This document shows positions 44,812 through 56,151 of a stretch of DNA of 61,021 nucleotides, in pieces. This stretch comes from Craspedostauros australis. Lineage: Eukaryota. The stretch covers positions 1 to 61,021 of the forward strand of contig JALAGF010000951.1 of assembly GCA_030167865.1 (NCBI GenBank), given 5' to 3'. The first letter of the stretch is position 1. Each line of letters opens with the position of its first letter. A program made the position numbers and the translations under genes. The notes under the pieces were generated by a model that worked only from the letters and a program-made list of their open reading frames with translations, was not told the DNA's origin and made no database searches.

Positions 44812-45403
44812 GTTGGACGACACGAGAATGTTCCATCAATGCCGGATCCATCTCGGCATCTCTCTCCTTGCGTGTGGACTCCTTGTTGATCCTGGCTGTT
44901 TGATGGGTCTGTCTTGGCATGGACAGATGGAAGGGTGGATCCAGAACGGTTGGACGAATCAAGGAAGGTATCTTTTGGGATGATTGACTCACTCGACTCG
45001 AATTTGGGTGGAGCGAAAACGGAAAGGAAGAACAGAAACAAGAAGCGTGAAACGTCGCGCAAAACACTGTTGTGATGCGTGTCAGTACTCACATCGCATT
45101 GCTGTGATGGATGGATGGAAGGATGGATGGATGGGTCAGTGCCAAACACATCAACCCTGACTATTCCACTGCACGACTACTCATTTTAACTCAAGCCGAT
45201 TGTTGGCTGGCTGATTGACTGATTGACTGAAAGGCAAGGCGAAGAGTTCATCGGTGAAAGATACGCGATCATCGTTGACGTCATTGCTCGATTCCCATCA
45301 GACTCCCTCTCGTCTGAAGCCAACTCTACGACTACATCATATAACAGCATCTGCCAACGGATCGTCGTACTCCACACATACGTATCATACACACACCTCC
45401 ATC

Positions 45404-46222
45404 ATGTGCCGATCGGCTGAAGGCAAGGAGGATGGAGCGGCCGCCGATCATATCACCGGCAACAGCGACAGCGACAACACTGATGGTGGTATCGATGGAT
45501 GTGACACCAACAATGCCGATGGCAGCGACCAATACCACGACATGGGGGATGAGGACTATCCCAACGAACCGCTCGACCATCTGATGCAGCGCTACGTCAA
45601 CATCACGGCCACCACGGCGTTGCACGTCCTCCCGACTCCACCGATCGGCTGCGGCATCTTTCGCAACCTCAAACTTCTCGGCATCTTCCCCACGGCGCGT
45701 TGGCTGACCGACCCCACCATGCCCGCAGATGTCAAGGAGCTGTTCGGTGGCACGCCGTTCTTCGCGCTGGGCCGCTACAAGGTGGCCTGGATGGATCTCA
45801 TGGACGGCACCCAGCGATGGCATTCGTTGACCTTCATCATCAACGACGGCGTGCCGGGCCTTTGCACCGGATATTGGGGCGGCGTCTTCGTCAATGCCCG
45901 CTGCTGGGCGCGATGCATCACGACCGATGAAGACGAGACGACCGTGCGACAACAACCGCGTGCTTCCACCTTTGTCGATCACGCGCATTTGGAATTTGAT
46001 GCAGACCGATTTGCGTCAGGCACCGCGATTCCGGGCGTGTGCAGCACGCAATTGGAGCGGTTGCTGGGATTGGCCGTCGAGTACCTGTTGTTGCGGGCGC
46101 GATGGGATCTGTTGCCGCAGCAGCTCGTCCAGTTTCTGTATCGCGACGCGCAAGGCGATCGGCGGCAGGCGCGGCGGCAGTTATCGTTGGCGTCCAAGAA
46201 GTACAAGCGGTTTGTGCGGTGA
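45404..46222 (+). CDS. Hypothetical protein (272 aa)
   Basis: Long GC3-rich ORF with an acidic N-terminus, a globular middle region and a basic C-terminus. No family recognised. Confidence 0.7.
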   Translation: MCRSAEGKEDGAAADHITGNSDSDNTDGGIDGCDTNNADGSDQYHDMGDEDYPNEPLDHLMQRYVNITATTALHVLPTPPIGCGIFRNLKLLGIFPTARWLTDPTMPADVKELFGGTPFFALGRYKVAWMDLMDGTQRWHSLTFIINDGVPGLCTGYWGGVFVNARCWARCITTDEDETTVRQQPRASTFVDHAHLEFDADRFASGTAIPGVCSTQLERLLGLAVEYLLLRARWDLLPQQLVQFLYRDAQGDRRQARRQLSLASKKYKRFVR

Positions 46223-46656
46223 CGATTCCTACTACTCCATACAATTAATTCATTCATTATGGATGGATGGATGGATGGATAGTTGGATGGATGGGTACTC
46301 TAGTGCAGTTGATGTCGTTGCAGAGGTCTATCTCTCCAGACAACATTCGCCACACTGCATCCGAGCAACAAAATGGACAAGTTCGACTCAAAGTGACTAA
46401 ATTCTTGAATTCGCGCCAATTCTGCACACAAACTCGGAACAAACTCGCACATGTGCGCAATCCCATCAAAGACGTCGTCGCTGGTCACCTTCCGAGCCAA
46501 TGCTTTGACCATGCACGGTTGCGATTGCCCTTCACAAGCACAGCGGCGAAGATCACCCAACAGAAGGCGTTCCTTTCCTTTCATCTCAAGTATAATAGAT
46601 TATACTTGACGCAGCAAAGCAAAGCACAACGCAATTCAACGCAATTCAACGCAACC

Positions 46657-47805
46657 ATGGAGAATAAGATGGAAGCCAAGATGAATGCCGAGATCTTCTC
46701 GATCGGCATTGCCATTACCGCAATCTGGGCCATCCAACCATGGATCATGAAGCATGGCGTCTTATCCAAACCCCGGCTCAGCATCGGCATCGTCATCCTC
46801 TTCAACGTCCTGCTGACAATGTACCTGGGCAACATGCTGCACGTCGCCATCCAAGATATGGAGGTCCGCACGCTCTACCTCCTGCTGGTGTGGTATCCCA
46901 TCGCAACACAGATTCTGCGATACATGCATGCCTTTGCGGTCGGCGGTGATGTCTTCCAACGGCACTTTCAGTTGACGACCTTGCGACGCACGATCTTATT
47001 CACCTTGTCCGTTCCGACGCTGGTATTCCATTCCGAAAAGGAAGAAAACGTTGCGAAAACCAAGAACACGGCCGCAGCCAGCCTCCGCGACGACCTGCGA
47101 TCCTGCCTCACCGACTTGGCCCAAATGTTCCTCATCTGCGGCATCGTCGTGAAGTTCCGACTGGACGTGACGTTGCCCCAGCCTGTCCGACGCCTGATCC
47201 GCATCTACATAATGGGACTGTCGGTCGCCAGCCTCAAGCTCTTCTTGGAATTGCCCATCAAGCTTGCGTTGCTGCGTGCCACCGACATTGCCCGCATCAT
47301 ACCGCTGTACGATCAACCACAGCTGGCCGCATCGCCGCGCAATCTATGGCACCGTTGGTCGGTATCGATCGGGTATCATCTCAAACATGGATTTTATCGC
47401 GGTGCGCAGCAAGGACACGCGGCACGGTGGGTGGCGACGGCCGTGCCCTTCATCGTCAACGGCGTGCTGCATGCGACGTGGTGGGCCTACGTGATTATCG
47501 GCACGATGGATGATCGCTACATTTACTTGCTGTTCCTTTTTCCAATGACAGCGATCGGGGTCGAAGATATTGTGGTCAAGAAGGCAGGCGCGTGGTTCAC
47601 ATCATCGCAGCGTGATGGCATGGCGAAGGCGAAGACAAACGCAACGCAAGAGCTGGCACTGTGGCAACGCACTGTCAACTTGATCGTGCTTTGGGTGGGA
47701 CTGTATTGCATCGTCGGCATGATGTCCTCGGTGCATGGGGTGCCCACCGAGCTGGGAGAGGTTTGTCGCAAGGATTTGAGATTCCTCAAGCTCGATCTGG
47801 ATTGA
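46657..47805 (+). CDS. Membrane-bound O-acyltransferase (MBOAT_2 / wax-synthase-like) protein (382 aa)
   Basis: Multiple transmembrane helices. PLYDQPQLAASPRNLWHRW matches P.f..P....S...fW.RW, and FIVNGVLH matches F..SG..H with the catalytic His. Confidence 0.78.
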   Translation: MENKMEAKMNAEIFSIGIAITAIWAIQPWIMKHGVLSKPRLSIGIVILFNVLLTMYLGNMLHVAIQDMEVRTLYLLLVWYPIATQILRYMHAFAVGGDVFQRHFQLTTLRRTILFTLSVPTLVFHSEKEENVAKTKNTAAASLRDDLRSCLTDLAQMFLICGIVVKFRLDVTLPQPVRRLIRIYIMGLSVASLKLFLELPIKLALLRATDIARIIPLYDQPQLAASPRNLWHRWSVSIGYHLKHGFYRGAQQGHAARWVATAVPFIVNGVLHATWWAYVIIGTMDDRYIYLLFLFPMTAIGVEDIVVKKAGAWFTSSQRDGMAKAKTNATQELALWQRTVNLIVLWVGLYCIVGMMSSVHGVPTELGEVCRKDLRFLKLDLD

Positions 47806-47999
47806 TGACCGTTTACCCCACCCAAACACCATACTCGCATCATCATGATGCAACTGCATAGAGAAGAGAACACCATGCGTTCGCGAGATCATACAATACT
47901 ATTGTAGAATAATAGTCTATGTGCCGCAAATAGCTCCGCGTCGTCTTTCCCATCCCATCTCAAGCATCCGATACAAACGCTGTAGCCAGTAGCCCTGTT

Positions 48000-50444
48000 C
48001 TATAATCTCTTTACTAGCCCTTTTCTCTGTGTCGTCGGCGTCGACAAGCTCACCTTGATGAATCCAGTAGCCCGCGACACTTTCGTTGCTGCCCGCGGCT
48101 CGTACCCCAATCCCATAACCTTGGCGATGAAGCGGAACCGCACGCGCGGTTCAAACGTCCGCGGCACGAACTCGACCAACGTGCCGTGATCCGGCAGGAA
48201 CATGGTATGGATGTTGCCGGCGCCATGCACGGCGAACAGGATATCCGTCTGCGCGATCTGACGTATCTGATCGGCGACGGACATGGTCTCGAAGCACACG
48301 ATATCGACGGTGTGATCGGGCACGAGCGATCGGATGTACTCGATGTCGGCGGTTTCATTCACGAGCGTGCGATCCGTCATGCCGTTGCTGCGGGGATGGG
48401 CCATGTAATCGCGTCGAATCAGGAACGTGGCGCGCTTGTTGTACGTGTTGGAACGCTTGATGTTCAATTTGTCGAGGACGAAGTCGCGGAACTGGTGCAG
48501 GTACGATTCGCCTTCGCACGACGTGGCCCACGAGATTGCCTTGACGCCTTCGTCGCCCAAGGCCGAAGCGGTGTTGACGACGATGGCGTTGGACAGGACC
48601 TCGTTGTCAGGGAGCTGCTTGAGGTAGGTGACGTCGTCAAAGATGGCCTCCCACATTTCATCGATGCTGGATCGCGCGTGACCGTCCAGAAAGACGATGC
48701 GATGTTGGTCGACCTGAAATTTTTGCATGACGACGAAGGTGTTGTATATCTTGGATATGCCCATGCAGGGATTGGCATAATCCCCGCGATCGACGAAGAG
48801 ATGGGTGCGGGTGGGATGCAGATGCAGTCCCGCATCCTCCAACGCTTCGCTGTTGCCAGTGTCAAGCTCGGCCAGCGGCTCATCGACCTCGGCGGCCTCC
48901 GTGAATGTCTTGATGGCACCAGCCAACCTCTTCTGCTCCATGAATCCTCCGGGAATCGGCTGTTGCAACAGAACGGCGCCTTCACTGAACCCCAGCGTCT
49001 CCTCCTCATTCAGACGCCCCGCGACCTCGTTCACATCCTCACCACCTTTCGAACCCCGCACGTAATCGGGACGAACCCGGATGGTGCCGAGCTGGCACGA
49101 TCTCCATCCGATGGATGCGTGCGCGATGCAACGGCCGTGATTCTCCAGAATGAAGCCCACGCTGTCCGATCCAAAGAGCTGGCTGCAGGTGAGACGCCGC
49201 CGCCTGCTTTTGGGTTGGGGACCAGCAACGATTTGCGGTGCCAAAGCGGCAGCCTCGGACCTGTCCTTGCCAGGCTTGGCGATGATGTGCGTGACCGCGA
49301 GATGCGCGACGTGGTAGTGTTCGGCTTGCAGGACTTGGTATTGCAAGGTGGACAAACCGCTGGTGACGTCGTCATTGTTTGGTTTGTTCGGCACATTCGA
49401 TGGCAGGGTCGGTTTGGATTCTGCGGAAGATTGCGTCGCATGAAAGGCATGGCCCACGAAGGCTTGATGAAAACGCTTCGTCGTGCGCAATACCCGCTGC
49501 GCCATGTTGTCGGCCTGCTGCGATCCATCCTGCAGGGTGTTGGAAAATCCATTGACATTGACAAACGTAGCGATGGGAAAGAGGATGGGACCATCGGCGA
49601 CATCGAGAGACGAGGAAAACATGACCGCGTCCGTCGATTGCTCACTCTGCGTGACGATCCATGCCTTGTCGTCTTCCAGCAACTGCGTGGGTCTGTCACG
49701 GAAGAAGTAGCCAAACAACGCCGATGCCTTCGACGGAAGATGGTGCACGTCATGCAGGATGATGTAATCCAGATCGCACAGCCTTCGTTTCTGCACGCCG
49801 TAATCGTAGCCGATGTTCATGAGCAGACCCTTGTTGAAGGGCAGATCCGTCTCGGCGGATTGTTCCACCACGATGACTTGGGCGATCTTGACCAGCGCCG
49901 CTGGGAGCAGGGCCGTCATGGATTGCAGCCAACGCTCCAGCAGCTGTCTCTCATTGCCACCTTCCGCCGGCGACGCCGCCCGTATCGCAACGATGATGAC
50001 AGGTCGGTAGGCGTACTGCATCGCAACGCCGACATTGACCATGTTGCAGCGCGGTGTTTCCCACCCCGCTCCTGTGTACACCTCCGTGTCGACCTCTGCG
50101 GGCGTTGCATCCACCGATTCATCGTCGGAACGTCCTTCATCTCCCATCGGCGCGTACTGCGTCGCTGCATCCACAATGACCGTTGGCAGTCTCGAAATTG
50201 GTGCCTTCTTTCGCATTCGGAACAGTGCTGCGTGGGGTTGCTGCGCGCTGTGCGGACCAGCGCTTGGCTTGCTCTTGGCTTTGGCCTGCTGTTGGGCAGT
50301 GCCACCATCCTTCGTCGTCGTCGTCGTCGTTGTCGCTTTCTGGTCCATGGTCTCCAGCTTGAACACGAGAATCGCCGTGACGATCAGCTGAAAGAAGGCA
50401 GCGACCAGCAGCACCTGCATCGTTCGTGACATGCCCTTGTTCAT
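48000..50444 (-). CDS. Type II membrane glycosyltransferase fusion: GT7-like domain plus GT61 (EOGT/xylosyltransferase-like) domain (814 aa)
   Basis: N-terminal transmembrane helix. GT7 motifs VVEQ...PFNKGLLMNIGY...IILHDV..LP and F..VNGFSN. GT61 motifs R.DYANP, FLIRRDY.AHPR, QI.....TDILFAVHGAGNIHTMFLP...VEF. Confidence 0.88.
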   Translation of the reverse strand: MNKGMSRTMQVLLVAAFFQLIVTAILVFKLETMDQKATTTTTTTKDGGTAQQQAKAKSKPSAGPHSAQQPHAALFRMRKKAPISRLPTVIVDAATQYAPMGDEGRSDDESVDATPAEVDTEVYTGAGWETPRCNMVNVGVAMQYAYRPVIIVAIRAASPAEGGNERQLLERWLQSMTALLPAALVKIAQVIVVEQSAETDLPFNKGLLMNIGYDYGVQKRRLCDLDYIILHDVHHLPSKASALFGYFFRDRPTQLLEDDKAWIVTQSEQSTDAVMFSSSLDVADGPILFPIATFVNVNGFSNTLQDGSQQADNMAQRVLRTTKRFHQAFVGHAFHATQSSAESKPTLPSNVPNKPNNDDVTSGLSTLQYQVLQAEHYHVAHLAVTHIIAKPGKDRSEAAALAPQIVAGPQPKSRRRRLTCSQLFGSDSVGFILENHGRCIAHASIGWRSCQLGTIRVRPDYVRGSKGGEDVNEVAGRLNEEETLGFSEGAVLLQQPIPGGFMEQKRLAGAIKTFTEAAEVDEPLAELDTGNSEALEDAGLHLHPTRTHLFVDRGDYANPCMGISKIYNTFVVMQKFQVDQHRIVFLDGHARSSIDEMWEAIFDDVTYLKQLPDNEVLSNAIVVNTASALGDEGVKAISWATSCEGESYLHQFRDFVLDKLNIKRSNTYNKRATFLIRRDYMAHPRSNGMTDRTLVNETADIEYIRSLVPDHTVDIVCFETMSVADQIRQIAQTDILFAVHGAGNIHTMFLPDHGTLVEFVPRTFEPRVRFRFIAKVMGLGYEPRAATKVSRATGFIKVSLSTPTTQRKGLVKRL

Positions 50445-51004
50445 TGCGTTGCTCCTTTGTTTCTGTGTTTCTTTGCTTGTTTGATATGGATGGATGACAA
50501 TGGATGGAAATAGATAGATGAAAATGGATGGACGAGTATGGTATGGTATTACTCAAGAGCATGGAAAGCACTCTCCAACTTATGATCTTCGGAGAGAGAG
50601 GCATCACAAGACCACCAAACGTCGCTCGGCGAAGGCGAATCAGCGCGTTTTCTGGGTTGTTCCCAGCTTATTTGAACATCACTTTTTCGATCTGTCCGTA
50701 TGTCACCATGTGTCGCGAGAGATGTCCGAAACGTGCGTCGAACAAACCATGATGAAAGCAGGCGAGACGGTGTGAAAGATAAACCTACAATAGCTACGGT
50801 AGACGTTACGGTTGAATAGATTATATAATATTGTATCATACGCGCTTCCATATTGTAGATTACAAACGATTAGTCTCCGTTTTATTCCAACGCTGGACGG
50901 TCATGGGTCGGCGTCATCTTGGCATGGCACGAGTACGATCTACCTGTGCGTCCCTGTCTGTGCTCATCCTCCAAGGGAAAGCCATTGCGACGGTTCTGGC
51001 CACG

Positions 51005-51600
51005 CTACACGGCTTTCTCGTTTGCATCGCACCGACGTATCAAAGCCATCCCTTCCTCCAATTCCTGATTCAGCACCTCGTTGACAGCACGCAGCATGTC
51101 ATTCGGATCCTTGGGACGACACAAGACGGAGTTCATTGGATACTTCGCGTCCAGATGGATGATGATGCCGCACGTGTGCTTGTCTGCCGATGTGATGTTT
51201 TGCATCATCGCCGTGCCCCACAGCCCATCGATCTCGATGGTGCGATCCGAGCAGATACGATAGCACCGTACGTGGATCAGCAGATTCATGAAGATGGAAG
51301 AGATCATTACAACCATGATGAACAAACAGATGTCTTCTTCGCGATACAATGTTTGCAGCCGCTCGTGTCGTTCTTCCTTGCTGAGACCGAAGCGATCCAA
51401 TTGGCTGTTCGCCAGCGCGATGCGATCGCGCATCATGAAATCGAAGATGCCGTACGCCAAGAGGATCAAGATGATGACATTGCGAAACTTGGCTTTTGAC
51501 TCGTAAATGAGTCGTCGCGATTGTGGTTGTGGTTGCGGACGCAGTGCTCTTGTGAGAGGCGATGTTTCAGTTGCGGCTGTGTCTTTCTGTCTTGCTTGCT
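51005..51600 (-). CDS. Hypothetical two-TM membrane protein; 5' end unresolved
   Basis: Open frame ...ETSPL...LIYESKAKFRNVIILILLAYGIF...ICLFIMVVMISSIFMNLLI...YRICSDRTIEI.... No in-frame ATG was found upstream of the first TM, implying an unseen exon or a frameshift. Confidence 0.45.
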
Positions 51601-52444
51601 TTCTTGCATATCAGCAATGTTGTTGTGCATCATACATGTAGTGTGGTATGCTCTTGTCAGGTTGGATGTCACAAGTGTCAGAGGTATGATACGATCTACT
51701 CTACACAGTAGCAATGCTCTGAGCACATATGTCGTTGCGGGGGCAACTCGCGCTTGTCGCGTTGAGCAAAGAATGACGCGACCGGAGGTTACGGCGATAT
51801 AATAAATGAGTCTGATATGAATCTACGATTCGACAAACGTGAGCCAATGAGCCTTTTTCCAAATAACATGGATTAAACGTAATTACCGTTATATCAAGAG
51901 GCTTATATTGTTCCTCTCGGACATTTGGAGACACATGCAGTCGCGACACAAGTAGTCACAAGTCATTGCGCAGGCTTATTCATTGGGCTTGTACGACTCT
52001 GGATCAATACATGTTGAATTCCACGTCTCCAATACTATGATTCTTGTGTGCGGAGACGACCACGACTTTCCACGCTTTAAGAACGCGAAGGCGCGAGTGC
52101 GACGACGTCGAAGGCATTGCGCGTGCACGCATGTGACCACGACTACCGCTTGCTCGTGTGTTGCGCAGCGGTGGTAGAGATGAACAAGGAGGAACGAAAA
52201 TGCTCGCACTTTGCGCAGCGAGATGTGCTGCCACCGTTTCGATAACGGAAGTTACTTTGCCTCCGACGATCATAATACGTTCATAGCTCGTACAACTACA
52301 AGCGGTGCCATTGCATTGGACTTCAATCCATCGGCTTGCATTGCATCCACCATTTGTGCATTTCTTTCATCACCATCTCTGTTCCCCTTCCTCTTTCTCA
52401 TTTCCATTTTATAGCACACGTCAATCCTCCAACCAGTATCAGCA

Positions 52445-52498
52445 TTAGCAAGAACAGTGGCAAGAACAGTAGCAAGAACATTAGCAAGAACAGGAGCA
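52445..52498. repeat. 12-bp tandem repeat (about 4 copies of gcaagaacaNNN) upstream of ArfGAP
   Basis: tagcaagaacag tggcaagaacag tagcaagaacat tagcaagaacag read directly. Confidence 0.8.
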
Positions 52499-52571
52499 AC
52501 AACAAACCACCCAAACACCAACCAACACTCTCCATGACCATCGGCGTCGCCGTGGCTGCTGCTGTCTAACC

Positions 52572-55528
52572 ATGATTGCAGTGGAGACGACGATGTCCAG
52601 CGAGGCGCAACTGAAGCTGCGGCTCAAGGCCGTGGCCAACCTGCCGGCGAATCAGGTCTGCTGCGACTGCGGCGACAAGAAGCCGACATGGGCCTCGCTC
52701 ATCGTGCCACCGCCGCATGCGCCAAAGCAAAGCCGCGCTGTGGGAGCATTCTGCTGCTTCCATTGCTCCGGCGCTCATCGCCGGCTCGGCGTTCACATTT
52801 GTTTCGTGCGCAGCGTTACGTTGGATGATTGTGAGTATCATGTATTGAGCATTGGTATCGAGTGTTGGTGTCGAGTGTTGGTGTCGAGTATTGGTATCGA
52901 GGAGAGTATGCTAGAGTTGAGTAGTACTCTCTCTCTCTCTCTAGCGTACTTTTCTTACTGTTCTTTGCAGTGTTCTGTTGGAGAATCAATGAACTAATAT
53001 GTCACAATATATCATAATATGTGCTATACTATACTGGTATCCACTCACTTCCTTCCATTTCGCACCTTCTATTCTTTCTTGCACTTCTGCCTCCAATCTA
53101 ACTGCAATATCCAGGGAAGGAAAAGGAAGTCATCGCAATGGAACTCGGCGGCAACGAACGCATCAACCAAGCGTTCGAAGCCAAGTACGAAGCAGGCAAT
53201 GCTGACGGCACCTTGAAACCGCATGTTCGTTCCAGCCTGGACGAGCGCGATGCCTTCATCAAGGCCAAATATTCGAAACGCGCCTTCTTTGATCAACGCG
53301 CTTACGAGGATATGATGGCGCAAGTCCTGTGCGAAATAGACGACGGAACCTTAGCGCGGCGGACGCAGCAACTGCTGCAAATGGGCGATGGAGATTCGTC
53401 GCATCAGCAGCAACCGCGTCGCAGGGCACAACGCCGCTCTTCCTTGCCCACCTTCTCTCCCGCCGCGAACGATAACAGCTACGATGATCTCTTCGCCGGC
53501 GAGACGATGACGGACATGTTCTCGGATTCGAAGCGCAACTTGTTTGAAGGCGTCGATGTCATGGATTTCGCGGACCCCAACGAAAGCACCTGCACCTTTG
53601 GCTATGACGACAGCAACGACGGCAACGACAGCGACGCCGCGGTCGACGCGACGAGCCGCAAGACGGCCATGGCGGATGTGCAGACGTTTGGTTCCGTCAA
53701 CGATTCATCCCGCATGATCGAAGTCACGCAGTTCGTGGTACAGGACAATGCTTCGCGCTCGCGCAGAAATAGTCCCGGCGACATGATGGACAGATCTTCC
53801 GGTCACTCGCATTCGAAAGGCACCAGCATGAAACATCAGGTTATGGAATTGAACAAGGCGGCTGCTCCTCGCACGTCACGACAAACCAAAGGCCGATCGC
53901 ATCCCGGTATCGCGCGCAGCCAATCCTTTTCCGCTCGCGCGGCGCAAAAGCAACCGCGGCAATCCTCCAAAACCGTATCGAAACGTGCGGCATCATCGCG
54001 CAACCTCGTGGCATCTACAGGGCATGAGCGCAAGAGGGTCCCGATGCGACGATCTTCGCTTGGCGGCAATAGTCACAGCTCCATCACGACGAGCGATCAT
54101 GGTTCCAACCGCAATCTCAGCACGTCGGCACATCGGTCCGGATCATCGAGTTCGCTCATGCAGCACGATGAGACAGCGGAACGCGATCAATCGTCATCAA
54201 ACAACAACAACGATCGATCGCAGGAGATGGACAATGGCAACAACAAGTCATCCCGCTCCTCGAACAGACGGCGCACAGATGACAAATCGAGGCGTTCTTC
54301 ACGACGCACCGTGCCGTTGCGCGACACTTCATCGCACCGATCGCGCTCCCGAAGCGTGCGGGCCAAAGGCCGAACCGCAAAATCAAGCAATGCCAACGAT
54401 GGCGTTGAAAACGAAACCGCAGCAACCAGGGTCCCGTCCAAAAGCGCGTCCATGCTGTTGCTGCAAACCCACAGCAAACATTCGAAGCGCCGCCTAGGAT
54501 CCGCCCGCCCGCCATCGCGCACCAGCTCCTTCGAGTCGGATGGCACGGATGGCGACGACTGCACGAGTACGGCATCGTCGCGCAAGTACAGCGGAACCGG
54601 CAGCGTATGCAGCAACAGCAACGATTACTTCATCGGTGGCGACGATGACGACGACGATCGCAGCCGATATTCGCGTGCCTCCACGGGACCCCGATCGCGC
54701 AGTCGCAGTCGCCGAGGAGGGCGGCGCCATCATCATGCAGCTGCGAGGATGGTGGTGGAAGCCAACGCAACGGAGCCGCGCCAACCAACGGAACTCCAAA
54801 ACACGATGAAGCGAGATCCACGCCATTCGACCCGGCGATTGAAGGAGCGTTCGAAATCTAGGGACGGTATGAGCCGCAGCACCCGCAGGAGACGAAGCAA
54901 CGGCGAAGATGGTGCGGAAGCAAGCATGACGGGAGGCAGCGTGAGGCGCACGCCGCGATCTCGCAGTCTTGGAGATTCTCAAGATGACCTCTTGCAGGAA
55001 AGCCATGTCAGTTTGGAGACGACCAGCAGCACATCCGGAGTTGTGGATGGAGATCCGTCACGCATGGATCGCGCCCGGCTGCGTCGCAGCCAACGGCATC
55101 AGCACAACACTCCCAGCGTGACCAACAACAGCGGCGATGAGAGCAGCGAGCCACTCAACACCGCCAGCAGCGTCAGCCGACGACGACCGGAACACATGCA
55201 ACGACAGAACGGCCTTTCGCGAGAAACAAGCAACCAACACTGTTCCCATGATGATTTGGAATTATCGTCCGCGATTAAGGAGAGGAGAGCACCACCGCAG
55301 CGATCGCGTTCCTCCGCCTCGCCCAGCACGATGTTCGGGAATGCAACGGCGGGCCGAGTGAAGAAACGATCCGCGCTGTCGTCATCGACTATGGAGTGGC
55401 TCGCGAAGGAAGACGAGCTGCTGACCGCCAAGCTCAAAAACAACGGGACCGCGCAAGACGCGGCGTCGAAACAAGATCAGAGCACATCCGCCGAGACGAC
55501 GTCCTCCAACAGCTCCATCGAATCATGA
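52572..55528 (+). CDS. ArfGAP-domain protein with a long Ser/Arg-rich disordered C-terminus; intron 52831-53114
   Basis: NQVCCDC...PTWAS...[27 protein letters not shown]...GGN...FIKAKY. GTGAGT/CAG phase-1 intron restores the conserved Trp. The intron contains a 13-bp tandem repeat. Confidence 0.93.
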
Positions 55529-56151
55529 AGCAAGTGCCATGCCATGGCGTGTCCTCATAACTTACAACTACTCCTATTTCACCATCCTCTGCTATGTCTG
55601 ACGCAACAATTAGCAGGAACATCCACGACGAGTGCAGTCATGTCCTGCCGCACAGTCATCGAGTTGTTATGATGTGCTTGTACAAGCGCTCGCGCCTCTG
55701 GACACAAAGACTGAGCTATTGGCAGAAGCGAATATTAAACTGTAACATGGCATAAAGTGGGTGCATGCCATGTGATTGCACGGCCTTGCTTTGCTCAGAA
55801 GCGAAAGCCACCACTCCAACGGTGTCTGTATGTTTGTCTAGATTCATCGTGAAGGCTGTCCACGTCGCCAATCGTGATTGCCTTTGTTCTCACGACTGAA
55901 CTTGAGAACAAGAACACTTGAAAAAGAACAGATGGCGAACGCCAAAAGACACGAACCCGCAAAGCGCTGAAATCTTTTTCTTTGTGGTTGTCTTCGTTGT
56001 TGATGCCTCCTCTCTGCCGCGAACTTCTGCGCGAGAGGTTGGGTTGATGGACACAACGATTGGGTGGCGCATTCTTTTGTGGAATACGACTGCTCTTTGC
56101 TGTTGTGGCCTCCTCTGCACAACCTCAATACTCTGACAAAGTTATCTCAGC

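Noticed and set aside
12560-46295. Microsatellites such as (GTGTT)n near 12565, (AG)n near 18241, (CATCA)n near 18330, (GATGT)n near 20395 and (GATG)n near 45110 and 46260
   Set aside because: Ordinary simple repeats in UTRs and intergenic DNA; none is a telomeric array.
48186-50429. Long antisense ORFs (747 aa here; also 1756-2694, 10412-11380, 15974-16756, 23970-24899)
   Set aside because: They are shadows of GC3-biased or repetitive genes on the opposite strand and contain no recognisable motifs.
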